From contig CAWAOD010000011.1 in NCBI GenBank assembly GCA_963783575.1, forward strand, positions 320,001-384,000: a stretch of DNA of 64,000 nucleotides, in the 5' to 3' direction. The translations under genes and the position numbers were made by a program. Source of the stretch: an uncultured Spirochaetota bacterium (GTDB lineage: Bacteria; Spirochaetota; Brevinematia; Brevinematales; JAOACQ01). A model generated the notes under the pieces. The model did no database searches. It worked only from the letters and a program-made list of their open reading frames with translations, and was not told the DNA's origin. Positions 9,240-20,100 of this stretch are shown piece after piece; positions within the stretch are counted from its first letter, which is position 1; each line of letters opens with the position of its first letter.

Positions 9240-10499
9240 ATGTTTTGGAATGAGAGGCTCAATTATGATGAACTTCCTGATTTAGGAAAGTCGCAATATT
9301 GGAGTCTGAACAAATTAAAGAAGTTTCAAAATGAAAGACTGAAAATAATTATTAATTATGCTTATCATAATATAAAAGCTTATAAAGAAAAATTCGATTT
9401 TACCAGTATTTCCCCAAAAGATATCAAATCAACAGATGATTTACATAAAATACCAATTACCACACGTGAGGAAATGCAAAACAATCAGAATTTTATTAAT
9501 AATTCTTTGGTTACAAATACACTGTATACAGGTGGTTCAACTGGATCTTCACTTACATATTACGAATCCCAATTGGGTAGTCAAATGAGATGGAATGCCC
9601 ATTTGAGAGGCTGGTCTTGGAATGGGTATAACCCAGAAAAAAAAATAGCTATTATAGCATCCCTGCAGGGTGGACTTTCTGAAAATGACAAAACTTTAAA
9701 TCTTATTGGAGACTTGACGGAAGAAAATTTAAAACATAATACTAAAAAACTCATTGAATTTCAACCCCAACATATACGAGGGTATGTCAGTTCTATATAT
9801 ATAATGTCAAAATATTGTTTGGATCATGATATTAAAATATTGGGAATTGAGTCGATTGATCCTATATCAGAGAATTTATATGAGTTTCAGAGGGAAATTA
9901 TTGAAAAAGTTTTTAACTGTAAGGTTTTTGAAGAGTATTGCTGTAATGATGGTGGAGCATGTGCCTGGGAATGCGAAGAACATAGCAACGGCTTACATTA
10001 TTTTATGGAAAGAGCGATAATTGAAGAAATTGATGGAGAAATGATAGTAACTGATTTATGGAATTTAGGAATGCCTTTTATCAGATACAGGAATGGTGAT
10101 CTGGTAGAATTTATAGAAAAGAAGTGTTCTTGCGGTAGAACTTTACCTTTAGTTAAAGTAAAGGGAAGAACAAATGATCTAATAATATCAAAGTCAGGGC
10201 CTATAAGTCCTACATTTTTGATGCATCATGGAATAGGAATTGGTTCTGCAAATTTTAGGTCAGGTATTAGAACGATACAATATATTCAGAAAAAAAACTA
10301 TCTTCTTGAATTAAATATTGTTAAAAATGATTGGTGTACAAATAAAGAGATTGAGGATTTAAAAAATAAAATTTTAGAAATTACACATGGAATGGAAATT
10401 AATATAAATTTTGTAAAAGAAATAATAACAACTGCAAAGGGTAAACGAAGATTTATTATCAATGAAGATGAAGAATTGTTGAATCAATGGGGATATTAA
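9240..10499 (+). CDS. Phenylacetate-CoA ligase family (CapK-like) adenylate-forming protein
   Basis: TGGSTGSSL P-loop, MIVTDLWNLGMPFIRYRNGD, CSCGRTLP, GRTND, KGKRRFI. Confidence 0.85.
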   Translation: MFWNERLNYDELPDLGKSQYWSLNKLKKFQNERLKIIINYAYHNIKAYKEKFDFTSISPKDIKSTDDLHKIPITTREEMQNNQNFINNSLVTNTLYTGGSTGSSLTYYESQLGSQMRWNAHLRGWSWNGYNPEKKIAIIASLQGGLSENDKTLNLIGDLTEENLKHNTKKLIEFQPQHIRGYVSSIYIMSKYCLDHDIKILGIESIDPISENLYEFQREIIEKVFNCKVFEEYCCNDGGACAWECEEHSNGLHYFMERAIIEEIDGEMIVTDLWNLGMPFIRYRNGDLVEFIEKKCSCGRTLPLVKVKGRTNDLIISKSGPISPTFLMHHGIGIGSANFRSGIRTIQYIQKKNYLLELNIVKNDWCTNKEIEDLKNKILEITHGMEININFVKEIITTAKGKRRFIINEDEELLNQWGY

Positions 10500-10500
10500 G

Positions 10501-11316
10501 TTGATAGTTGTTAAACTTTCTGGTGGTCTTGGTAATCAAATGTTCCAGTATGCTACAGGATTGAGTTTATCCCTTAAAAATAAAACCCAACTTTTACTTG
10601 ATTTATCTTATCTATTAGATAAAAGCCTAAGAGAGAATATAACTCATAGAGAATATGCATTAAATTGCTTTAAAATAAAAGCTAGATTTTTAAATAAAGT
10701 CGATGATTTAACTATAATAAAACAAAAAAATCTATTGTTTAATCCTGTAATATTAAATTCATCAAATAATACTTACTTGGACGGATACTGGCAATGTGAG
10801 AAATATTTTATTAATATTAGATCGAGACTTCTCAAAGAATTTAAATTAAAGATGAAACCGGACTATAATAATAAAGAACTGTTAAAAATAATAAACCATT
10901 GTAATTCAGTTGCGATCCATATAAGAAGAGGGGATTATGTGGCAAATCCACATACTAATCAGGTTCATGGTTTGTGTTCTATGGATTATTATAAGAAGGC
11001 TATAGATTATATTAATAAGAATGTTAAAAATCCGATTTATTATGTCTTTTCAGATGATCCTGAATGGTGTAGAATTAATTTAATTTTCAGAAATCAATAT
11101 GAAGTAGTTGATATTAACACTTCAAATCAGGCTAGTGAAGATTTAAAATTGATGTCAAGTTGTAAACATTTCATAATTGCAAACAGTTCTTTCAGCTGGT
11201 GGGGTGCGTGGTTGTCCAAGAATAAAAATAAGATAGTTATAGCGCCTAAGCGATGGTTCAATAAAGAAGAAGCAAATATTAATGATATAGTTCCGGAAAA
11301 ATGGATTAGAATTTAG
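10501..11316 (+). CDS. GT11 alpha-1,2-fucosyltransferase-family glycosyltransferase
   Basis: GGLGNQMFQYA, GYWQCEKYF, HIRRGDY, VFSDD, IIANSSFSWWGAWL. Confidence 0.92.
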   Translation: MIVVKLSGGLGNQMFQYATGLSLSLKNKTQLLLDLSYLLDKSLRENITHREYALNCFKIKARFLNKVDDLTIIKQKNLLFNPVILNSSNNTYLDGYWQCEKYFINIRSRLLKEFKLKMKPDYNNKELLKIINHCNSVAIHIRRGDYVANPHTNQVHGLCSMDYYKKAIDYINKNVKNPIYYVFSDDPEWCRINLIFRNQYEVVDINTSNQASEDLKLMSSCKHFIIANSSFSWWGAWLSKNKNKIVIAPKRWFNKEEANINDIVPEKWIRI

Positions 11317-11382
11317 AAAATTAAAAACATATTACAATATATCTATTTGTATTTACTATAAATTATAATGGTATAAGGAGGA

Positions 11383-11636
11383 GAAGTCCTCTTGGATACC
11401 AATCTGAAAAAATTGATTTAATAATGAACAAGTTCGCAATTATAGAAATATTAATGGTTTATGGAAGGCTGGAGCATATCCGATAGATGCTTGAAATTTA
11501 TAAGGAAAATGATATAATTAATGTTGTGAAGAGATCGAAAAATATCGATAATAAAACGGCGAATTATTGTGGCCATATGCTTAATATTTCCATAGAGTAT
11601 ATTATAAGCATTACGAAACCGACAGCGATGAAATGA
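11383..11636 (+). pseudogene. Decayed paralogue of the DUF6922 antitoxin gene at about 27.1 kb
   Basis: Frame 11424: MNKFAIIEILMVYGRLEHIR*MLEIYKENDIINVVKRSKNIDNKTANYCGHMLNISI aligns with DKHAIIERILMYGRPEHIEWMLERYTEKDLKNVVKKSKNLDNKTLNYWAIRLNISL; W is replaced by TAG at 11484 and the 5' part is frameshifted. Confidence 0.8.
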
Positions 11637-11715
11637 TTCATATATTAAATGAATTTTTGAAACACATTTCTTCTGAAGTATAAAAGTACTAATTTTAAAG
11701 AAATAAGGAATATCA

Positions 11716-12693
11716 ATGCAGACAGTATTATTAACCGGCTGCGCCGGTTTTGTCGGGCAAAAAACAGCAGAATTATTGCTTGAGAAAGGATATAGTGTGA
11801 TCGGTATAGATAATTTAAATGATTATTATTCCATCCAACTAAAAAAACATCGGTTAAATCAACTGATGAATAAACAAAATTTTATGTTTTATAATTTAGA
11901 TATAGAAAATAAAGACGCTTTAGAATCTGTTTTTTCCAATAATCATATCAAAGCAGTTATTAATCTTGCCGCCAGAGCTGGCGTAAGGTACAGTATTGTT
12001 AATCCATATATTTATTTTAGCACCAATGTTATTGGTACAATGAATATTTTGGAACAAATGAAAGATCATAAAGTAAAAAAAATGGTGCTGGCATCCAGTT
12101 CATCTTTATACGCCGGCCATCACTTGCCTTTTAAAGAGGATGAGCCGGTTAATAAGCCGATATCCCAATATGCGGCATCGAAAAAGGCTGCTGAGGTTTT
12201 GGCTTATACATATCATCATCTCTATTCCATAGATATTTCTATCCTGCGGTATTTCACGGTTTACGGACCTGCCGGAAGGCCGGATATGAGTTATTTTAAG
12301 TTTATTAAAAGTATCGATGAAGGAAAACCGATAAATATTTTCGGTGATGGCAAGCAATCCAGGGATTTTACTTATATTGATGATATCGCTGATGGAACTG
12401 TTAAAGCGCTCAGGAATGTGAACTACGAGATTATAAATCTCGGCGGCGGGAAAAAGCCGATCATAATCAATGATATGGTTGGGTTAATAGAGGGATATCT
12501 AAACAAAAAAGCTATTATCGAATATTTGCCTTTTAATGGTGCTGATATGATGGAAACCGGCGCTGATATCGGTAAGGCTAAAAATCTACTTAATTGGGAA
12601 CCCGGAATTGATTTTGAAGAAGGGATTAAAAAATGTGTGGAATGGTACATTCAGAATAGAGATTGGCTGTGGAATATTGACGTTGTTGATTAG
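11716..12693 (+). CDS. NAD-dependent epimerase, UDP-glucuronate 4-epimerase-like
   Basis: TGCAGFVG, GIDNLNDYY, NLAARAGVRYS, YAASKK, LRYFTVYGPAGRPDM, RDFTYIDDI. Confidence 0.85.
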   Translation: MQTVLLTGCAGFVGQKTAELLLEKGYSVIGIDNLNDYYSIQLKKHRLNQLMNKQNFMFYNLDIENKDALESVFSNNHIKAVINLAARAGVRYSIVNPYIYFSTNVIGTMNILEQMKDHKVKKMVLASSSSLYAGHHLPFKEDEPVNKPISQYAASKKAAEVLAYTYHHLYSIDISILRYFTVYGPAGRPDMSYFKFIKSIDEGKPINIFGDGKQSRDFTYIDDIADGTVKALRNVNYEIINLGGGKKPIIINDMVGLIEGYLNKKAIIEYLPFNGADMMETGADIGKAKNLLNWEPGIDFEEGIKKCVEWYIQNRDWLWNIDVVD

Positions 12694-12766
12694 TAATTAT
12701 AAAAAATGATTTTTTTTAATATTCATCTTATAATATTTGATTATAAAATAGCAATAGGACTTAAAA

Positions 12767-15700
12767 ATGCCGAAAGTCAGCGTGATCATACCGTGTTATA
12801 ATCTGGGTCAATATCTGGAAGAGGCTGTAGATTCAGTTCTTAATCAAACATACCAGGATTTTGAAATCATTATTGTTAATGACGGTTCCACCGATGAATT
12901 TACAGTCAATCTTCTTAAAAATTATCAAAAACCGAAGACCACCCTATTAAATACAAAGAACCAGGGACTTCCTTCTGCGAGGAATTATGGAATTGAACAT
13001 TCAAGTGGGGAATATGTTTGCTGTCTGGATGCTGATGATAAATTTCATCCCAAATATTTAGAAAAAACTTTACAAAAACTTGTTAAAGATAAAAAAAAGG
13101 AATTTGGCTTTGTTACAACTTGGGTTGAGTTATTTGGTAATGAAAACAGGATATGGGAAACAGGTAATTATAACCCCGAACAGTTATCCTTTGAGAATAT
13201 TATTCATGTAGCTTCATTATTTAGAAGAATTTGCTGGGATAAAGTTAATGGATACGCTAAAAACCTAGTTGGATATCAAGACTGGAATTTCTGGTTATCA
13301 ATAATAAGTGAAGGGTTCAAATGGATTTGTATTAAAGAACCTTTATTTTATTATAGAATTAGAAAGAATTCTATGGTTTCAGGATCAAATAAAAAACGTA
13401 ATATACTTTTTAAAAGGATAATCACAAATAATATTAAATTCTACAATAAAAATGTAAAAGAAATATTGTCATGTTTACGAGAAAAATGGTTAGTTGTCAG
13501 TGAGATGTATAATAATTCAAAATCAATATTAATTAATACTGAGTTCCAATTAAATGATATCAATATAAAATTATTAGATACAGAAAAGCAATTAAAAGAA
13601 GCATGGTATGATTCCAAAAATAATTGGGAAAATGCAAAACATGCTTGGAGTATTGTCGATCAAACTAATCAAAAACTATCAATAACTGAAAGTTTGATAA
13701 AAGGAAAAGAGCTAAATATTTTATCACTACAATCTCAGTTAGAAATTTCAAAACAACAATTTAATAATAATGAATTATTATTAAAAGACACATCTGGCAA
13801 ATTATTAAAAATAGAAGAAGAATTGAATAATTATAAAGAAAAATTAATAAATACTGAGCAACAATTGAAAGAAGCGTGGCAAGATTCTAAAAGTAATTGG
13901 GAAAATGCGAAACTTGCATGGGGTATAAATGAAAGAACAAATCAAAAATTCTTTGAGGTTAATAATAATTTAGATATATTGAAACAAGATTTATTAATTT
14001 TAAAAGAAGAATTTAATAGGGAAAAAATAAAAAATGATTCATTAGAGGATAAAAATAATCAAATAACAAAAAAGTTGCAAGAAACCGAGGGTGAGTTAAG
14101 CATAACGAAGCAAAAGTTGCAAGAAACTGAGAGTGAGTTAAGAAAAATTATTACTTCAAAATCATATCAATTCATTGTATTATTTAAAGAGTCCAGACTG
14201 TCCAAAAAGAAATTCTTATTATTACCTTTCAGAATAATTTGGTTTTTTGTACCTCAAATAATAAAAAAGAGATTTAATAAATCTAAAAATTTTAAAAATA
14301 TAATATATTTTTTAAAAGAGTTTCCTGTTTTTAAAAATTCTCCAAATATTACTGTATTAATGCCTGTTTATAATGCGGAAAAATATCTAAAAGAAGCAAT
14401 AGAAAGCATATTATGTCAAACATGTTCTAATTTTGAATTATTAATAATAAATGATGGTTCAACAGATAGTTCAAAAAGTATAATTAATTCATACTATGAT
14501 TACAGAATAAGATTAATAAATAACAAAAAAAATATTGGTATAACGAAAAGTTTAAATAAAGGATTAAAACTGGCTAAAGGGAAATTTATTGCACGAATGG
14601 ATGCAGATGATGTAGCATATCCAACAAGATTGGAAAGGCAATATAATTATATGGTCGAAAATAAGATAGACTTCTTAGGTTCTTATTTTCATGCATTTAA
14701 TGAATTAAATACAATCAATTATATTGGAGAATCACCACAATATCATTCATCATTATTATATCATTTTTGTTTTAGAAATTGTTTAGTACATTCATCAATG
14801 ATGTTTATAAAGAAAGCTGTTATCAATATCGGTGGTTATGATATGAATGCAAAGCATGTAGAGGACTATAATTTATGGTGTGATGCAATTAAGAAATATC
14901 GTTTCGGTGTTATCCCGGAAGCCCTTCAAAAATACAGGTTTAATGATGAATCAATTTCTATTAATCATTCAGATTTTCAGAATTACAATGCGTATAAAAT
15001 TACTAAAAGATTTTTATTATTTATTGCTCCGGAATGTGAAAATGATATTATAGATACTACTCTTGATCTAATTTATTATTCTTCAACATTTGAAATAAAT
15101 GAAATTAAAAAGAAAAAAGCATTGGAGTTATTAACTTATATTGAAGAAAAGATAAATAAGAACATCCCGGAAATTGAAAAACAGAAAATTAGTTTTATAA
15201 AAGGATATTTAAGTGAAAATATAAATAATAGCAGTATTGAAAAAATAGGGAATTATTATAATAAAGTGAGGCAAGAGTTATTGGAGTATTCTAAAAACAG
15301 TTGTCAAAATAATAAAAAGAATAATAGGAAAGATATTACAATTGTAATTTTATCTTTTAATAGAATTCAAATGACAGAAATGTGTATTAAATCGATTATA
15401 GAAAATTTTGATAATAACAGTAAAATTTTAGTAATTGATAATGCTTCATCGGATGCTACTATATTGAGATTAAAAGAATTAGAAAAATCATACAAAAATA
15501 TTAATTTTATTTATTTAGACGAAAATCTTGGTGGTGGTGGTGGTAGGGTTGAATCATTAAAATATATTACAACTAAATATGTTCTATTTTTAGACAATGA
15601 TATAGAAGTAATGCCTAATAGTATCGAGAACATGTATGATTTTATTGAAAATAATCCGGATTGTACAGTAGTTTCAGGAAAATTGGTTTTCCCTAATGGT

Positions 15701-16195
15701 TTAATACAGTTATTCGGATTAGAATATTCAATTGATAATTCTATTTTAAGATATCATTTTCCTGATGCAGGTAAAAAATTTAATGATAATTCATTAATAA
15801 AGGAAAAAATAGGAAATTGGATTAACGTAGGTTCTACAATATATAGAACAGATATTTTGAAAAAATATCCTTTCGATAACAGCATTGGAAAATATTTCTA
15901 TGAAGATATTGAATGGTGCATAAATAATCGAGATAAAAGTTTTAAGTATTATTTTTTAGGTGATTCAATATTTATTCATAATCATGAAATGTTTGGAATA
16001 GATAAAGATATTGATTACTTAAAAGTAAAGCAAAATGTTAATAAACGAATAATATATGCTATTTATTTATTCTTTAATAAACATCATCTTTTCTTACAAG
16101 AAATATTTTCATATTTACCAGAATGTAATGGAAAAGAAAAAAATGAAGTGGAAAAAATAATAATAAAGAGGATATCCTATGATGAAAGTAAATAA
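12767..16195 (+). CDS. Multidomain glycosyltransferase: GT2, long coiled coil, amphipathic segment, GT2, GT2
   Basis: Three GT2 starts (VSVIIPCYN..LDADD; ITVLMPVYN..MDADD; ITIVILSFN..LDND) and a heptad-rich region of about 220 aa. Confidence 0.88.
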   Translation: MPKVSVIIPCYNLGQYLEEAVDSVLNQTYQDFEIIIVNDGSTDEFTVNLLKNYQKPKTTLLNTKNQGLPSARNYGIEHSSGEYVCCLDADDKFHPKYLEKTLQKLVKDKKKEFGFVTTWVELFGNENRIWETGNYNPEQLSFENIIHVASLFRRICWDKVNGYAKNLVGYQDWNFWLSIISEGFKWICIKEPLFYYRIRKNSMVSGSNKKRNILFKRIITNNIKFYNKNVKEILSCLREKWLVVSEMYNNSKSILINTEFQLNDINIKLLDTEKQLKEAWYDSKNNWENAKHAWSIVDQTNQKLSITESLIKGKELNILSLQSQLEISKQQFNNNELLLKDTSGKLLKIEEELNNYKEKLINTEQQLKEAWQDSKSNWENAKLAWGINERTNQKFFEVNNNLDILKQDLLILKEEFNREKIKNDSLEDKNNQITKKLQETEGELSITKQKLQETESELRKIITSKSYQFIVLFKESRLSKKKFLLLPFRIIWFFVPQIIKKRFNKSKNFKNIIYFLKEFPVFKNSPNITVLMPVYNAEKYLKEAIESILCQTCSNFELLIINDGSTDSSKSIINSYYDYRIRLINNKKNIGITKSLNKGLKLAKGKFIARMDADDVAYPTRLERQYNYMVENKIDFLGSYFHAFNELNTINYIGESPQYHSSLLYHFCFRNCLVHSSMMFIKKAVINIGGYDMNAKHVEDYNLWCDAIKKYRFGVIPEALQKYRFNDESISINHSDFQNYNAYKITKRFLLFIAPECENDIIDTTLDLIYYSSTFEINEIKKKKALELLTYIEEKINKNIPEIEKQKISFIKGYLSENINNSSIEKIGNYYNKVRQELLEYSKNSCQNNKKNNRKDITIVILSFNRIQMTEMCIKSIIENFDNNSKILVIDNASSDATILRLKELEKSYKNINFIYLDENLGGGGGRVESLKYITTKYVLFLDNDIEVMPNSIENMYDFIENNPDCTVVSGKLVFPNGLIQLFGLEYSIDNSILRYHFPDAGKKFNDNSLIKEKIGNWINVGSTIYRTDILKKYPFDNSIGKYFYEDIEWCINNRDKSFKYYFLGDSIFIHNHEMFGIDKDIDYLKVKQNVNKRIIYAIYLFFNKHHLFLQEIFSYLPECNGKEKNEVEKIIIKRISYDESK
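14070..14142 (+). repeat. 42-bp-period tandem duplication (two heptads) in the coiled coil
   Basis: aaaagttgcaagaaaccgagggtgagttaag (14070-14100) and aaaagttgcaagaaactgagagtgagttaag (14112-14142), encoding KLQETEGEL and KLQETESEL. Confidence 0.85.
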
Positions 16196-17099
16196 AAAGA
16201 TGTTAGGTTTATCAGATAAAAATTTAAATTTATCATTTGATCAATATCAAAGATATAAAATTGTTTCTGATATAATAAGAAATATTTATAAAAAAGGTTC
16301 TAGTATTTTAGAAGTTGGAGCTTCTTATCAGAAACAATTAAATCAATTTATGCCAGATTATAAAATTAAATACTTAGATATAGAAATTCCTTCGGAATTT
16401 AGAAACGATTCTGATTTTATATTAGGTGATGGGACTAATATGGATTTCGAAAATGAATCATTTGATATTGTTATTTCTATAGATTCTTTAGAACATATTT
16501 CTGAAAAACAAAGAGAAGCATATATCAATGAGATGTTGCGGGTATCTAAGAAGGGTTTTATTATAGCAGCTCCTTTTAATACTAATAATGTTCATAATGC
16601 TGAAGTTGATGCAAATAATACATTTAAAAGACTTACTGGAAGAGATTATCGGTGGCTTTTTGAACATATAAATAATGGTTTGCCCAGCTTAGATAAAACA
16701 ATAGATTATATAAAATCAAAAGGTTATTATACAACTGTATTTGAAAATGGTTATTTGCCTAATTGGTTAAAACTGATAAAATTTTATTTTCAATCGGAAG
16801 GTATTGGCATTGGTTCGAGTTGTTTTGAAGAATTAAGCAGTTTTTATAATAAATATATGTATTTTGATGATTTGAAAAACCCATCATATAGAAAAGTGAT
16901 ATTAGCTGTTAAGGAAAAGAAATATATAAAATTTAATAATAAAATAAAAAATGATAAGAATTTTAAAAAAGATATAGTTGGACTAATAAATTTATCTACT
17001 AAAATATTATCACTAACAACTGAAAGATATATAACCTTAAATGATGCTTATAATCAATTGCTTACTCAATTTGAATCACTTAAAAAAACAAAATTATAA
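16179..17099 (+). CDS. Class I SAM-dependent methyltransferase (candidate glycan capping enzyme)
   Basis: DQYQRY, ILEVGA, FDIVISIDSLEHI, EMLRVS; overlaps the stop of the upstream GT. Confidence 0.8.
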   Translation: MMKVNKKMLGLSDKNLNLSFDQYQRYKIVSDIIRNIYKKGSSILEVGASYQKQLNQFMPDYKIKYLDIEIPSEFRNDSDFILGDGTNMDFENESFDIVISIDSLEHISEKQREAYINEMLRVSKKGFIIAAPFNTNNVHNAEVDANNTFKRLTGRDYRWLFEHINNGLPSLDKTIDYIKSKGYYTTVFENGYLPNWLKLIKFYFQSEGIGIGSSCFEELSSFYNKYMYFDDLKNPSYRKVILAVKEKKYIKFNNKIKNDKNFKKDIVGLINLSTKILSLTTERYITLNDAYNQLLTQFESLKKTKL

Positions 17100-17114
17100 A
17101 GAAAATTTTAAGGG

Positions 17115-20100
17115 ATGATAAATATGATAAAAAAATACAGCTTGAGTAAAAAACCAAAAGTTAGCATTATAATTGCATCGTACAATCATGAAAAGTATAT
17201 AGAAGATGCAATTAATAGTGTTTTTAATCAGACATATCAGGATTTTGAGATTGTTATTGTTGATGATTGCTCTAAAGATAATTCAGTTAAAAAAATTCAG
17301 AAGTTTAAAGATAAAAGAATTAAACTTATTTGTTTGGATAGAAATGGAGGACAATTTGCTGCTACCAATAAGTGTATTGAAGAATCAAATGGTCAATATT
17401 TAGCTATATTGAACTCCGACGATAAATTTTGTTCAGAAAAGATTGAGAAGCAGGTAAAAGTATTAGATGATAATTCTAATATAAAAGCTGTTTTTACATT
17501 TGTTAGTTTTATTGATGAGGATGGGAATGTTGTAAAGGACAAGAAAGATACCTGGTTTGAGCAGCCAAATAGAACAAGATATGAATGGTTAAATCATTTT
17601 TTTTATTATGGTAATAAACTTTGTCATCCGAGTGTTCTTTTACGCAGGGAGTGTCATGATAAATTAGGTTATTATAAAGAATCTTTTAGTCAGATGGCAG
17701 ATTTTGATTTTTGGATAAAACTATGTTTAAACTATGAAATTTTCATTATACCAGAAGAATTAACAATGTTTAGAATCAGAGCAAATAATGCAAATAGAAG
17801 TAGTAACTCTTCTGAAACATTAAATAGAACATTATGGGAATATACAGATATTTTAAATAATTATTTATCGATAAAAACAATTAAAGAATTATTTACAATT
17901 TTTCCTGAAGCTAAAGATAAGTATCATCATATTAAAGATAAAAAGTTAATTTCTTTTATTATTTCTATGCTTGCTATAGAAGCAAATTACTATTCTACTT
18001 ATAAAAACGCATATTTGATATTTGTTATTAGAACTCTTTTTGCTTTATTAAATGATAATAAAATATCAAAAAAAATAGAAGAACAAACAAACTTCACATA
18101 TACAATTTTTTTTGATTTATTAAGTAAATGTGATATAACAAATATAGTAAAAGTATCTAATTTAGAAAAGCAAATCTATGACTTAGAAGTAAAACTATTA
18201 GGTACTGAACAACATTTAAAAGATGCTTATGAAGATTCAAAATCTAATTGGGATTATTCAAGAGTTTTAGAAAGTAAAATAAAACAACTTGAACAACAAA
18301 TGCATAATATTGTATCATCAAAAACATATCACTTTTTGGCTTTATTTAAAGAAGCTTTTCATAGCAAAAAGAAATTATTACTATTACCATTAAGAATATC
18401 CTGGTTTTTCGTTCCTGAAAAAATTAAAAATAAAACAAGAAAATCTGTATTTTATAAAAAATTAAGAGAATTTTTACTTGAAAAAAGATTTTTTAATCTT
18501 TTAAGTAAGAATGAAATTCAGATAAATATAACTTATAAAAAATGGGATTATTCTAAACCATTTATTAGCATAATCTTAGTCGCAAATAATATTAATGGAT
18601 TATCAAAGACCTTAAAAATGATTACAAATCAGACATTTAAAAATATAGAAATCAAAGTATTATTTAATGGAGCCATAGATCCTAATATAACAAAAATAAT
18701 TGAAGATTTTGATGATCATAGAATTAAGCTATTATTAAGATATAATCAAAGATTTTCAAATTGTGAAAATGAGGGAATAAGATCGTCATATGGTAAGTAT
18801 ATATATTGTAGTCATTTAAACGAAGAAATAAAACCGACTTTTATTGAAAAATGTATATTTATATTAGAAAATACAAATTATGATGTTTGTTATATTGATT
18901 TTTTTAAGTGCGGTTATACTTATAAAATGAATGAAAATATTAATAATGTTATTTCTTTATTGAAAGAAAAAAAATCGGTTTTTAAATCGGCTGTATTTAA
19001 AAAATTAATCTATACTAATGTTGGTGGATTTGATCAATCTCTGGATAATGGTTTTGAAGAATTGGATTTTTGGATAAGAATACTCAAATTAAATTATTTA
19101 TTTGAAAAGATTAATGACAATCAATTAATTATACTGGATAATTATTCATATGTAATAAATAACAATCAAAGAAATGAAATTTATGAGAATATAGTATGGA
19201 AAAAACACAAATCATTTTTTATTAATTATAAAAAGCAAGATATTAGAAAGCAAAATATTAAATTTATAATTCAAAATAATAATATAAATATGTTACAAAA
19301 TATGACAACAGATAATAATTATAAAATGCTAATTGCTATGCCATATATGGTAATTGGTGGTGCAGATACTGTTTTAATGCAAATTTCGAAATTTTTAATA
19401 AAAAATAATTTTGATCTAATATTTATTACTACCTTAAAGCATTCTGATAAAGAAGGTGATACTTCAAATGAATTTAAATCAATAACAAAAGAAGTATATG
19501 ATTTATGTGAGTTCTTAAATGATCATAATAAATGGAAAGATTTCATTTATTATCTAATAGAAACAAGGAAAATCAATTTAATTTTTATCATTGGATGTGA
19601 ATATATGTATAATTTACTTCCAGAAATTAAAATTAAATATCCTTATATTAAAATAGTTGATCAATTATATAATGAATTTGGTCACATAGCTAATAATAGA
19701 AAATATAAGCAATATATAGATATAAATTTTGTTGAAAACGAAAGAGTAGAATTTGTATTGGAAAATCAGTATTTAGAATTAAAAAGTAAAATTAAATTGA
19801 TACCGAATGGGGTTAATATTCATGAATTTATTCCCTATGTTAAAAATACTAAAAATGAATATTTATATAATAAATATAATATACCAAATAACAAATTTAT
19901 TATATCTTATTTTGGTAGGTTATCAGAAGAAAAATCACCAGATGTTTTTATTGAGTTAGTTAAAGAATTATATTACAATGAATACTTATTTTTTTTACTT
20001 TGTGGGAATGGACCTCTATTTAATATTATTGAGAAAAAAGTAAAAGAAAATAAATTAGGAGATAAGGTATTATTGTTAGGTTTTGTAAATACAATTGAAT

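Noticed and set aside
11383..11403. VLLDTN read as the start of a PIN toxin
   Set aside because: The downstream sequence aligns to the DUF6922 gene (LLWDTD..EKIDL) instead.
15530..15543. (GGT)4 microsatellite
   Set aside because: An in-frame Gly run in the usual GT2 N.G...R motif.
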